Shown: piece by piece, positions 49,079 through 63,052 of the stretch
How positions within the stretch are numbered: the first letter of the stretch is position 1
How the letters are laid out: every line of letters starts with the position of its first letter
Origin: Hypanus sabinus
Taxonomy: Eukaryota
Assembly (NCBI RefSeq): GCF_030144855.1
Contig: NC_082715.1
Coordinates: 145,266,001-145,330,000 of the forward strand
Direction: 5' to 3'
Length of the DNA stretch: 64,000 nt
Position numbers and translations under genes: made by a program
The notes under the pieces: generated by a model
What the model saw: only the letters and a program-made list of their open reading frames with translations
Told to the model about the DNA's origin: nothing
The model's database searches: none

Positions 49079-49849
49079 GTAAGTGAATATTTGTTGGAGT
49101 CTAATCACCTTTTGTTTTCGTTTGGGTTTTTACTTCGTTTGAACCTTGGAATAATATTATCAATCCTGATGCTTCGATCTGATTTACAGTCCGCCTCTCA
49201 TTGTATCTTTACAAATCCGCAGGCAGAAAGCTAGCACATATGCATCCTGTTTGCTTGGTAGGGTTACTTAATTTAGCAGAAAAGTATCTGCAAAACAACC
49301 TGAGTTCATTGCCATGACATTTTTAAAATAGCTTCGTGAATAGATGTTTCGTGCTGTTAGCGAGTGTTTCTTAAAAGTGTCACAGGGAACAGATGTATTA
49401 AAATATATTGACAACAGTGAGGTTTTTCATTAGACAACCGAGGTGAAGTCGTGCTTAGAGCCCACAAATTATTGTATAAATGATCTGAATGCCAATCGGC
49501 TGTAATATATTTTGGTAGTTTCTTAAAATTTATTTCTGCTAATATTACTTTATTTTGTGTGTATTGTGTTGTGCAGCCTGGTCTCCTAAAACGTTGTTAT
49601 GTTTGACCGTGTACATGTAAACAGTTGACTGACGATACAATTTATCCTGAACTTGAAGCTTAATGGGGACCAGAGCAGAGCTGTGAATGTTACCGAATTG
49701 CGATAGAGAACTTTTATTTCCTTAAGACGGTAAAATATAGGAACAGTATTAGGGAATTCGACCCCATGAATCTGCTACGTCATTTGATCATCGCTGGTAT
49801 ATTTTTCTCTCAAGATCATTCTCCTGACTTCTCTCCATAACCTTTGACG

Positions 49850-51410
49850 TTGTTGCTAATCAAGAAACTATAAAACTCAGTTTAAAATATACTCAAAGAC
49901 TTGGTCTCCACAGCATCCTTTGGGAATAAATTCTACAGATTAACCACTTTACGGATAAATCAAATTCTCCTCATGTCAGTTCTAAAGGGCTATCCTTGTA
50001 TTCAAAGGATTTTCTCTCAGGTCTACCCTCTTGCACTAAAGGGGGCATCCTCCCACTTCCACTCTTTCAGTATTCGGTAGGTTAAAATGAGACTTCATCC
50101 TCCACACCCCCCCCCCCAACCCAACCCCCACCATTCTTCTGAAATCCAGCGTGTACAGGCCCAGGGCCATCAAATGCTCCTTATACTTTTCACTCTTTCA
50201 TTGTTGCATTCTTTCCTGTAAACTTCCTCTGGTCCCTCTCCAATGCCAGCACATCCTTTCTTTGATATGTGGTCCAAAACTGCTCACAATGCTCTAAATC
50301 TGATCTGGCTATTGTCATTTACAACCTTAGCATTGAATCTTTGCTTTTATATTCTGCTCATCTCCAAATAAATACTATGCTTGGTATTCGTGCTGTTAGC
50401 GAGTGTTTCCTAGGAATTGCCCAAGGGACAGGTGTACCTGCAGGATGACTTCCGTGTCTCCTTGCTCCTCCGACTTCTTAATTCGATCTCCGTTTAGAAG
50501 AGGTCTGTACCTTTATTCCTTCTACCATTGTCCATGACCATACAATTTTCCGACAGTGTACTCCGTCTGTCACTTCTTTGCCCAGTCATCTGATCCATCA
50601 AGATCATTCTGCGTACTCCTACTACCTCAACACTGTCTACTCCTCCACCTGTCTTTGCATCATCCGCAAACCTGGCAACAAATCCATAAATCCTGTCGTT
50701 CAGATCATTAACTTCCAGCATGAAACGTAGCAGACTCAACACCGACCATTGCAGAACACCACTAGTCACCGGTAGCCAACCAGAAAAGATTATCCTACGC
50801 TTTTTTCCTGCCAGTCGGCCAATGCTCCGTCTATGCCTGTGATAGTTTATGCTCTTATCGTGTTAAGCAGCCTGATGTGTGACACTTTGTCAATGGTCTT
50901 CAGAAATTCCAAGTCAATAACATCCACTGACTCTTATTTGTCTATCCTGCCTGGTATTTTCTCAAGGAATCTCAACAGATTTGTCAACTAAATTACCCCT
51001 TAAGGGAACCATGCTGATCACGGCTGATTTTATCGCATGCCACCAAGTACCTAGAAATTTCGTCCTTTCTAATGGATTCTAGCAAACTCAATATATTTAA
51101 ATTTCGATTAAACATGAGCATGTTTACTAGGAAATTAACTGACGTCAGGCTAACTGGCCCATAATATCCTGCATTTTGCGTCCATTTCTTCTCAGAATGT
51201 GGAGTAATATTTGTGAGTTTCCAGCCCTGCGGACCCATTGGACCATTCTTGAAAGATCGTTACTAATGCCTCTCTAATCTATCCAGCTACCGCCTTCAGA
51301 GTCCTGGAGTGTAGTCCATCTAGTTTGGTGACTTATCTAACTTCAGATCTTTCAGCCTCCCAAGCTCCTTCTCCTTCGTCATAGCAACTACTATCACTTA
51401 TGTTTAATTT
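49850..51410 (-). mobile_element. CR1-clade relic in the J-C intron of cluster 3
   Basis: ORF 50494..50769 carries the RT motif. Confidence 0.8.
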
Positions 51411-52427
51411 CCATTAATGCGTAATTTCGATCTTTGCTTCCTCAACTAGATCTTTTCACGTTACTTCAGCTCCTCTTGTTCTATACCTATTAACCTGAAG
51501 TCATCAAGATTCTGGTGCTCCGTTCTAACTTCTATACAATTTCCCTTCAGCAAGACGCCGCCCCAGAGCCCACCTCGGCCTCACCAGTGTGTTTGACCTT
51601 CTGCGCCGTCTCAGTGTAAATGTCTCAGCTTTGATAACAAATTATCACTCAGCCCACCTGTTTTGTTTACATTTCGAACTCTCCAGCCCCGCGGGCCATT
51701 GAGTGTCTAACTTTTGGATACCTGATCATTACCGTACTAAGTGATCTTTCCATGAATAACAACTCTGAGGTCAGAAACTCTGGAAAATCGCTCTTTAGCT
51801 TTCTGCCTTGTCGCTGCGTTTTCCTACGAGGTACCACTGTAAAACGATTTCTTTATAAATTCTGTTTTGTAGTTTTGATATCCTATTGTGTGAATGGGTT
51901 CAACTTTTCAAATTAATGGAAAAACTGATTATAAAAACAATGACCCAGATATCCACATCGTCAGGATTTCATAGACCTCTGAGAGTTGTTTTCGGGCTTT
52001 TCTTCAGTGTCTATCACCTTGGTCCAAACAACACTTTAGGAGTTAATTGAGGGACTAAAAACTAGAAAATCCAAGTATAAAACCTTAACTGGTATTATTT
52101 ATTCCCATTAAAATACTTCCATGATTTTCAGCCATTCACAATCCCTCCTTTCCTGCGGCGAATCGCGGCATCTCCGAGGAGAGACAAAGACACAGTATGT
52201 CAATCAAATCCATTGCTTCATCTCGCTTTTTACGTGAATAGCTGCGACGACATTTCGGAGTTTTGCCACGCGCTTTGCCATATCTCTTTCAGGGTTTCTT
52301 ATTGGTTCTGTGATTCATGTCTTTACGAGTATAACATCATGGAACATGCCAATAATCTGTCACGAAAGTTTGATTCCTATTTATATCAATTAATAATTCA
52401 TTTCCCTGCACTTCTTTCTATCTACAG

Positions 52428-52750
52428 GTCCGCGAAAACCCGCCGTATCCGTACTCCGACCGTCTGCGGAAGAAATTCGGGGACAGGGCACCGCCACACT
52501 GGTGTGTTTAGTGAGCGGGTTTAATCCGGCCGCTGTGAATATCGAGTGGACTGTGGACGGCAGTACGAGAAGGAATGGCGTTGAGACCAGCCGGATCCAG
52601 CAGGACGCCGACAACACGTTCAGTACGAGCAGTTACCTGACTCTGCCAGCCTCAGACTGGAACTCACACGAGCGTTACTCCTGCGTGGTTAAACACGAGA
52701 CTCAGGCAACCCCATTTCAAACAAACATCGCGCGATCCAGCTGTATGTAA
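52428..52750 (+). CDS. IGLC: Ig light chain constant exon, cluster 3
   Basis: CTACAG acceptor. Open frame ending RSSCM*. Confidence 0.97.
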
Positions 52751-52779
52751 TACAATATGTTTAGAGGCTGTTTCTTTAA

Positions 52780-52785
52780 AATAAA
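52780..52785 (+). terminator. Polyadenylation signal, cluster 3
   Basis: AATAAA 30 nt after the stop. Confidence 0.75.
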
Positions 52786-54229
52786 ACAAACGAATTTCAT
52801 GTACAGATGTTAAATTTTTGATTGTAGCTGACACATTTCGCAACCGGGAGAAAACAGACATTGCGTCCGACTGGACGTTCTTAAATAGCATTCGTTCTGA
52901 AATAAATATCATCCATGTAATTTTATCCCGAAGTAATTAAAATCTACCCAATCTACTGTGGCGTTTTTGTCCGACAAAAGCATTATTTTTCAAACTTTGC
53001 ATAGATAGTGAAGATGATCAAACTTTGACATTCGATGAAATAAAATAGACAACGTCGCTATTGGGTAGGTTTTCCTCCCGAAGAAACCATAATCACTGTG
53101 ACTACATCAGGACAAGTGGTGTAATTACTTGTCAGCGAAATTTACATACAAAGTAAAAGAAATACTGATACTGCCGTTATTTGAACATCGTAGGCATATT
53201 CGATTTCCAGTTTTAACATTGTATTCTTCATGGAAAAGGTTTTTCTACAGCTCGTCATATTCGGGAGACAAGGGCTTCTGTACCCTGTGTAAGCAGCAGC
53301 GCAGAGCAGAATAGCACTTATTAGAGTTCAAACTAACGAAATTCTTTCTCAAGTGTCCTTCAGAACTACAGGCTTCATTTGAGGTGATTTGGGCTTCCGA
53401 TACCTAACAAACATTGAAAATGGTAGTCCAAAGCATTTCTAGTAAATACAGTTAGACGGTGGTTGACTACCTAAAGCTATTTCGGGATTCAAAACAGTGA
53501 AGCACTGAAGATATCGCACCGACATTTGTACATTAGTTTGTACAATATATATGATGATAGCTTTCTGTGTGTAATGTAGAACACCGTGGCCCTAGTATAG
53601 AGGTCGAGAGAACGGTATCCTAAACATAAGATAAATATGTTCAATATATAACGTAAAAGATCATTTTCAGACGAATGAGAATACGGATTGTATTCACGTC
53701 TTTCTAATTGGTTATATAAGTTGCTTTATCTCGATAAGAAAAGAATAGCCAGAGCAAGTTTGCAACTAATCATTGAAATTCATAGATGGGTTATTGAAAC
53801 GGGGACATTAATATCACGTGGTCTTCATCAGTCACTCTGTACTGAGGCCGTTGAACTTGCCTTCTCTGAGTATGGAAGGCCTAAGGAGTTCCCTGTAACT
53901 TTACAGCTGCACAGACCAATGATTGCTCTCAGCAGGACAGTTTTACACGGGCTGTAAACTGCGCAGTTCTTTAAAATCACATTATATAAAAGTAAATTCC
54001 AGTATCCCACCATAAAGTCTGAGTCCACGGAGACATTCCAGTTACTGCGCGGCAGGTGCGAGGTTGTACTTGGTGTGGCAAAGCATTCAGTGTTGTGATA
54101 GGACGATAAAATGACCAGAACTGCGCTGGGATATTTTGGCAAAGGGCGTGGCTCACTTCAAACTATACAGCGAAAGATATGAATGATCGCGGTTAGTATG
54201 ATTAAAATGCGTATACAAAAACGTTAACC

Positions 54230-57200
54230 ATAGCATAGACCTTTTGACCCACGATCTTTTGCCCACATTTTAACCTAAACCAAGATCAATCCAACCATTC
54301 CCTTCCACAGAGCCCTGCAGTTTTTTTTATTCATCCATTGGCCTCAGAGCTTTCTAAATGTCCCTGATATATATTTGCCTCCACCACCACACTGGCAAAG
54401 CTTTCCACGAACATACCACTCTGTGTAAAGAATATACATCTGACACCCTCTATATTTTCGTCCAATCAGTTTAAAGGTCTGCCCTCTCGAATATACCGCT
54501 GTCACCCTAGGAAAAAGCCACTGGCTATCCATTCTATCTACTCCTCTTTTCTTATGCATCCCTGTCAGGTCGTCTTTCAACCGGCTTCATTCCAAAGCCA
54601 AAAGCCCTAGCTCTCTAAACCTATCCTGATAAGACATGTTCTCTAATCCAAGCAGCATCATGGTAAATCTCCTCTAAACCCTCCCTACAGCTTCCACGTC
54701 CTTGCTATTCTGACCAGAATCAAACACAACAATGTAGGTGTGGTCTAACCAGAATTTTATGGAAATACAACATTAGCCGGCGGCCCCTGAACTCGATCCC
54801 TCGACTAATGCAGGCAAAATGCCTTCTGAACAACCCTATTGACATGCGACGCTATTTTTGAGGGATCTATGTGAGTGGACCCCAGGAACTCTTTGTCCTC
54901 TACACTGCTAAGAACCTTCTCTTTAACCGTGCACTGCGCCTTTGATTCCACTCTTCCAAAGACCATTATTTCACATTCTTCTGCATTGAAAGCCATCTGA
55001 TACTTGACAGGCCAGCTACGCATCCCATCAATGATCCCATTGTAAACTACAACAATCTTAACCACAGCACCAACAGCTTTGTGTCAACTGTCCCATCGCC
55101 CTGTCCTTGGATCATAGCTCTCCATACCCCTCCCTTCCATATTCTTTTGATATTTAAAAACATATTAAGTATTGAACTCGAATCGCTTGAAATACTTCCA
55201 ATGGCATCTCATTCCACACTCTCTCTACTCTCTGCGAAGGGGCTCCTCCTCACGTTCCCCCTAAACATTTCACCTTTCACCCTCAGCTCGTGACCTTTAA
55301 TTTTAGTCTCACCCAACCCGAGTGTGAAAAGCCTGCTTACATTTACCCTATCTATTCCTCACATCATTTTGTATATCTCTATCCAATCTCCACTCATTCT
55401 CCTATGCTCCAAGTAAGAAACTGCCAACCTCTTCAACATTTCCACATAACTTAGGTCCTCAGGTCATGAAATCATCCTTATAAATTTCCTCGGTACTCTT
55501 TCAATTTTGTTGACATCTTCGCTGAAAGTAGGACGGCGTCCAGAGCAGCACACAATATAGGAACGCCTTACTAACATCCATGTACAGACGTCTGACAGAC
55601 AGACAGACATAATTTATTGATCCCGAGGGAAATTGGATTTCGTTACAGTCGCACCAACCAAGAATAGTGTAGAAATATAACAATATAAAATCATAAATAA
55701 TTAAATAATAATAAATAAATTATGCCAAGTGGAAATAAGTCCAGTACCAGCCTATTGGCTCGGGGTGTCTGACATTCCGAGGCAGGAGTTGTAAAGTTTG
55801 ATGGCCACAGTCAGGAATAACTTCCTATGACGCTCAGTGTTGCATCTCGGTGGAATGTGTCTCTGGCTGAATGTACTCCTGTGCCTAACCACTACATTAT
55901 GGAGTGGATGGGAGACATTGTCCAAGATGGCATGCAACTTAGACAGCATCCTCTTTTCAGACACCACCGTCAGAGAGTCCTGTTCCACTGCCCCCCCCCC
56001 CCGAACTTCACTGGCCTTACGAACGAGTTTGTTGATTCTGTTGGTGTCTGCTACCCTCAGCCTGCCGTCCCAGCACACAACACCAAACATGATATGTACG
56101 TCATATACACCCCTCTACTTTTCTTAACTTCTATAGTAACTTTCTCGAAAAAGTCAATCAGGTTCGTGAGACAGGAAATGCCCCTCAAAAAGTTGTACTG
56201 AATGTAATCAGATTATGCTTCTGCAAATGCACATAAATTCTGCCTTTAAGAATCAGTTCCAAAGTTTCACCACCACTGACATGAAGCTCCGGTCTATAAT
56301 TCCCAGGATTATCCCTAATCCATTTCTAAAACAAAATAATAATATTTGAGACCCTCCAACCTTCTGCTACTCCTCCTGCTTATATTAACAGCGAAAAGAT
56401 TATCACCAAGAGGGAACATACTCTTCCCTCGCTTCCCGTAGTAACCAGGGAATGCCCCATTCGGCCCCGGAGCATTATGTCGTTTTTTCAAAAGTCCGAC
56501 AATATCCTACTTCTATACGTCACATGTTCTAGCATGTCAGCCTGTTTTAGGCTGGCCACACATAAGTCAAGGTCCCTCTCAGTGGTGAACCCTGAAGACA
56601 TTAATTCATTAAGGAACTCTGCTACTTCCTCCGACTCCAAGCACATAGTTCCTTTTCTTTTCTCACTCTAGTCATCCTTCTGTTCTTCACCTACGTGTAG
56701 AACGTCTTGGGGATTTCCTTAATCATACTCGCTAAGCTCTTCTCATTCCTCTCTTCTAGCTGTCTTAAATTCATTATTCAGCTCCATCCTGGCTGCTTCG
56801 TAACACTCAAGAGTGCTGTCTAATCTTTCTTTCAAAAACCTTTAGTGAACTTCTTTTATCCTCTGGGTGGGATGCTTCACATCTCTTGTCAACCATGCTT
56901 CCTTCTCCCTACCATCCATGTTCTACTGGAAGATGCTACCCAGAACCCCACTAGTGTTCCCTACACAACATTCACATTTCCTTGTTCATTTCCCTGATAA
57001 CATTAATTCCCAATTTCTGCTCACAAGCTTATGTATTATAGCATCATAATTCCCTCTCCTTCAAAACCATCTGCTCTTATCCCTCTCCCAGGGATTGGTA
57101 AATTAGAGAGTTGTGATCACCCACGAGCAATCTGACACCTGGCCTCTTCCATTGGCTAGCACTAGATCCAGTAAGGCCTCTCTTCTAGTTTGCCTGTTCA

Positions 57201-57680
57201 CATATTCAAAAATCCTTCACTAACAGACCTAAAAAATTCTGCTCTCTCTAAATTCTTTTGCATATAAGCTATGCCAATCATTATTAGGGAAATACATGTT
57301 TTTGCAGCTTTCCAAAATCGACCTGCCGACCTACTCTACGATGTTCCTGTTGAGAGGTGTGCGCTGTACAATACTCCCATTAGAGTACACAAAAAGTACA
57401 CTGCAGATGCTGTGGTCAAAGCAACACATACAAACAAGCTGGATGAACTCAGCAGGTCGGGCAACATCCGTTGAAATGAGCAGTCAACGTTTCGGGCCGA
57501 GACCCTTCGTAAGGACTCATTAGAGTGACTACAACCCTTCCTATTTCTGAATTCCACCCACAGTGACGTGGGAACATCACTGTGGGAACATCAGCTTTTC
57601 CTGCCTTTGTGATAGCCATATTTTGGATCGGGAATGCGAATGGTTCCTCCAAGAATAAAAAGGCAAATACATGTTATCAT
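54230..57680 (-). mobile_element. CR1 relics with nested Rex1/Babar-like insert (~55596-56080) and 131-bp SINE (57387-57517)
   Basis: Paralogous to 17745-21170. Confidence 0.75.
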
Positions 57681-60249
57681 CGTTCTTTACCTCGTGGTTT
57701 TCCAATACCTTTCTTGATTTTCGAGCAACACGGGTGCGCGTTAAATGTTTCATAGAGATACAGACCGTAGTTTGATTAAGAGTCTTGGAATGCGCAGTAT
57801 CTCTACGTTTTAGCAGATGAGGATTCTCCTGTTGTAACTTCTTCAGACATGTCATTTCCGTGCACTCCTGTGCTGAAACATTGATAAGAGTCACATCAAT
57901 GGCTAACGTGGAAAATAAACCTTTATGGTAGAGGTGTAATATCTTCCCTGATCTAGATTGCTATTACTAGATTTAATTGGCTAATTATTCGGTCACAGCA
58001 GATGTTGATTAATCGTTTCGGCGCTGCTGAGCCATTACCTGTCTTCATCGGATGGACCATCATATAATCTCTTGTATATTCATTAATTCGTTGAACGCAC
58101 TTGTTAGAAGTCGAAGGAATTTCAATCAGTATTTGAATCTGCCTTGAACGAGGGCAGAATAACAAGTGATAAAATGTTGTCATGGATAGAAAATTGATTG
58201 ACTGACAACAAATGAAGTTCAGACATTAAAGGCCGAGTCTCTGGAATGATATATCTCACAATCTGTGAAACAATTCAGGTCCTTCCACTTCGCTGATGAC
58301 AAAAACACAAATAGGTAATTACATTGTGAAGAGAAAGTCAAAAGGCTCCTGAGGGATATTGATGATCTAGTGGGTGACCTAAAATACGGCAAAGCAAAAA
58401 GAGGAAAAAGAAGAAAAGAGGGAAATAGAGTGACTGAGCTGGCATGAAAAATGCTTCAACAGCATATTTTCCAAACATTTGGAGATTGTAACCTTCCAAG
58501 TTGAAGAGGGGTACGGGCATTTAGATCACGGTATTATGTAACTCAAAAAATCCTATTATTCAGGTGCAAGTAACTAAAAAGGCTGGGATCATGTTAAGGG
58601 AATTATGTGCAAAATTTGGGGGTGTTATGCTTCATGTGACAGGGCAATAAAGAACCAAATGTGGACTGTGTACTGAATTCTTCTTACTTAAAAATTATCT
58701 AAATGTGTTAGAAGTTCAGAGGAAGCTTACAAGAACGATTTCGTTGGTGGTTCGGTATCCTAGGAGAAACTGTGTATAAGTTCGAATTCTATCTACTGGA
58801 GTTCATCAGAGTTATGGGACTTGACTGAAATCTAGTAGTCCTTAATAACAATACGTATGCTTCATAAACCTTGTAGTCCGAGGTTCTGCAGCTCGAAGGG
58901 CTCATGACAATACCTTCCGGCACCTGACGACCTAGGGAACCCGGGAGTAACACGAGACAGACAGACCTGGGGAATCCGAGACTGGCGATTCATCTTCCAA
59001 CAAGGTTGGTCGTCTCGAGATAGACCTGATAAACTGGAGACAGACCTGAGGAACTTGAGATACTCTTGGGGATCCCGAGACAGGACTGGTCATCTCGAGA
59101 TAGACATTGAATAAATTTGGGCAACATGAAATAAATCTGGGGAATATAGAATAAAACTCGGCAAAATAGAATAGTCCTCGGAAGCCTGGAGGGCCATGGC
59201 AGGCCCGGGAACCTTTAACAACACTAAAATTCTTGATAAAAGCCTTTAATGTGGTCTCGGCAAGCTCTGAACGTGGACTCGGAATTTGGTCTCCATAAAC
59301 TCGGAATGAAGGCTCGAGACAGTCGGAAACCGAAGGAACTCCGGACGCCGCTTTACAAGTTCCATTGGACCCTTATATCGCTGCGTTTTTTTAGTCACCG
59401 TGCAGTCTGAACGCAAGTGCCGAGAAAAGACAGGCTGCCAAATGGAGTCAGCGATCTTGCTTTATTCATAAGAGTTCCAACTGACAATCGGCGGCTCGGT
59501 AAAGCGACAACGAGAGAACTAACATTCTGAAAGCTAGGGCCAGATAAATTATTAATTGGAAGACTGCTTAAATAATTACCGTATCCCAAAACCCCATGTC
59601 AATCAAAATAAACTTTAATAAGTTTAAACAGAAAACGCAAGGTTTTAACGAGTCTCGTTAAGAGAACTATTCACAAATAAAGGCTATTTAGAAAATCTAG
59701 TGCCCAATGCTCTAAGTCTTCTTGCACGGGAGCGAAGAACTTATAACATCCGTTGTTAGGCGGGAATCCTTTATCGCCTTACTCAAAGTATGCACCATCA
59801 TTCGACAGTTTTAAACCGAGCGTTCGTCTTCTCTTCTCGCTTCGGCATTACTCTCATTGCTGCAAATTCATACTAATATCACCTTAAGTGGAATGTTTAG
59901 AGCTATGTCTGTCTTTTGTTTTGTTTATGTACTTACCAAAACAATCTAGACGTTATCTCTCAGGAAAGTCAGAAAATCTTCATTCTTGTTTAATTAAAAC
60001 GGGCAACATAATATCATACGATGCAAATAATTTTCCACACTTCATTCAGAATCAGTTAGCATTTTTCTTCCCTGCCAGCATTGCGCTATGATGACAAGTG
60101 CTTCCATTTTGACATTTAACTATCCATGAAAAGTCACGGGGAAAAGAATAAAGATTAAATGATAAAAGGAGAAAATCTTTCTTAACGAATAGCCAAAATA
60201 GAGAGGCGTCCAATCACCATGCCAATGGAACTGCAATGAAAGTTGGTCA

Positions 60250-62070
60250 GATGACAGGTGGAATTAGTAGGTGTTTTCAAAAGCTTACAGTCTGGAAATC
60301 ATAGAAGTCTCAAAGAACTCCACGGCATGGGCAACTGCTTTGAGCATCCTTTGAACTCGGACCCCAGGATCCCTCTGATCCTTCACACTGTCAAAAGTAT
60401 TAACATTAATACTATATTCTGCCATCATATTTGACCTAAGAAAATGAACCACCTCACATTTATCTGGGTTGGACCCCAGCTGCCACAATTACAGCACGGA
60501 AACAGGCCACCTCGGCCCTTCTAGTCCTTGCCGATGTGTCTACTATGTGATGTGACAGGCCTCCAATTCGTTGATCTGTTATCTTGTAACCTCTGTCCAT
60601 ACCAGTGATGCACAATCTACATTCTTTCATACGTCTGATTGGACCGCGCCACACAATAACCAAGCGTTGTCTTAAAAAATCCAAAGAGCTAGCATTAGTG
60701 GTCACTTTATTAGGTACGCCTGCAGGTTCCTTAATGCAAATATCTAATCAGTCAGTCATATAGCAGCAGCTTAATGAACATGCAGACAATAGCAGCAGGT
60801 GTTGTGCGGACCAAACATCCGAATGTGGATGAAAAGTGATCTAAATTATTTTGAACGTGGAATGAGTGTTTGCGGCTGAGTATCTTAGAAATTGTGGGTT
60901 CCTTGAGATTTTCACGCAATAAAGTGCCTCATGAGTTTATGTTCGTGGTCTTCTCCTCCTACAGCTTATTCACTTCGAGGTACGCCGTGTTGTGCGTTCA
61001 GAGATGCTCTGACGAACGGGAAGTTGAGAAAATGCACAAGGATTCATTCATACTGAATGCTGAACACAAAGAAATGAAGATGGATGGCCTATTTTCAGGG
61101 CACGGAGACGAACAGGTGGTCTGAAAAATAATAAAGCAAAATTCTCCTGTGCTAGATGAATCCTGGCAAGATATTAAGGCAATGTGCATCCGACAAAACA
61201 AAGGTTGTTTGCCACAATTGCACGTTCATGATTACTGGGAATTATACTTCAAGCTAAACGAATGGGGTGTGAGGTGCTCGTTAAATATTTTGGAATATTT
61301 TAGAATAACGTGTTCTTGCGCCAACCAAAGGACACTAAGAAGGAATTAGAGGCGGAGATTCCATTGGATTCAGTCGCAATTCTATTTATCGGAAGATCAG
61401 ACATGAGGCCGAGGGGCCTACTTCGTATCCTAAGTGTGACATGTCAGAAACTCACGAAAAGTAAGAGTCCCAGAACAGATCCCTGAGGCACCCCACAGGT
61501 AGCCGACCTCCATGCAGAATATGACCCGTTTACAACCAATCTTTGTCTTCTGTGGCAAGCCAGTTCTGGATCCACAAAGCAATGTGCCCTTGGATCCCAT
61601 GCCTCATTACTTTCTCAATAGGCCTTGTATGGGGTACCTTATCAAATGCCTTGCTGAAATCCATATACACTACATCTACTGTTCTTCCTTAATCAGTGTT
61701 TTTAGTCACATCCTCAACAGATCCAATCAAGCTCGTAAGGTACGACCTTCCCTTCACAAAGCCATGCTGACTACTCCTAATCATGCGATGCCTCTCCAAA
61801 TGTTTATAAATCCTGCCTGTCAGGATCTTCTCCATCAACTTACCAACCACTGAGGTAAGAGTCACTAGTATATAATTTCCTGGGCTACATTTACTCCCTT
61901 TCTTGAATAAAGAAACAACATTTGCAAACCCTCAATCCTCCGGAAGACCTCCCGTCCCCGTTGAGGATGCAAAGATCATCGCCAGAGTCTCAGCAATCTC
62001 CTTGCTCCCCTCTCGCAGTAGCCTGGGGTACATCTCATCTGGTGCCCTAACATTCCATAACCTCAGAGTA
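60250..62070 (-). mobile_element. CR1 relic split by a ~960-bp insertion (60488-61451)
   Basis: Matches 23900-24870 on both sides of the insert. Confidence 0.75.
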
Positions 62071-62622
62071 GACAAATACTTGGTTGATTGCTGTAGCTAA
62101 ACGATGTTCTGCTTGTCAATCCACGGAACCAAAGCCTGCAACTGTTTCAGGTATATATTATTCCAAACTACTACTGAAATGGCTCCGGTTACAGTTCTTT
62201 TAAGTCTTTCTTATCCAGAACAATTTCTCCATATCTATTTTTGGTTTTGTTTCGTATAGGGACTTTTAAAAGAAATGCCAACAATATTATCACCTGTTTG
62301 TGAAAAGCGTACCATACCCTACAAATCAACAGAGGAAGTGAGATGAATCGCTAAGGTCTGGTTTATGTGATTTAGGAATCGCAAGAGGCACAAAAGAGCT
62401 ATATAATTGTAATTCCGTTTTGCAGACATTTGGAAATGCAATCACCTCCTCCTATTGGTTGTATTAATTGGCTACCATGTGGCAAGCCTCCAAGTCGTTG
62501 ATCTGTTACCTTGTAACCTCTGTCCATACCAGTAATGCTCAACCTACATTCTTTCATAGGTCTAATTGGACCTCGCTGCACAATAACCAAGCCTTGTCTT
62601 GAAAACGCTAAAGAACAAGCAT

Positions 62623-63052
62623 TAGTGGTCACTTTATTAGGTACGCCTGCACATCGGTTCCTTCATGCAGATATCTAATCAGTCAGTCATAAAGCAGCAA
62701 GTTAATGAACATGCAGACAAGAGCAGCAGCTGTTGTTCAGACCAAACATCCGAATGTGGAAGAAATGTGATCTAAATTATTTTGAGCGTGGTATGAATGT
62801 TTGTTCCAGACGGGATGCCTTGAGTATCTTAGAAATTGCGAGTCTCGTGCGATTTTCATACAATAATGTGCCTCGTGAGTTTATGTTCGTGGTCCTCTCC
62901 TCCTACAGCTTATTCACTTCGAGGTTCGACGTATTGTGCGTTCAGAAATGCTCTTCTGCACAGACCTGGTGTAACGCGTGGTTAATTGAGCTACTGTCGC
63001 TTTTCTGTCGGCTTCAACCAGTTTGGCCATTCTCCCTTGAGCTCGCTCATTA
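62623..63052. mobile_element. Tc1/mariner relic (paralogue of 25420-25852)
   Basis: TIR-like TAGTGGTCACTTTATTAGGTAC and MWKKCDLNYFERG... peptide. Confidence 0.72.

Noticed and set aside
52213-52524. 103-aa ORF overlapping the C acceptor
   Set aside because: An out-of-frame read across intron and exon, not conserved as an ORF in the other clusters.
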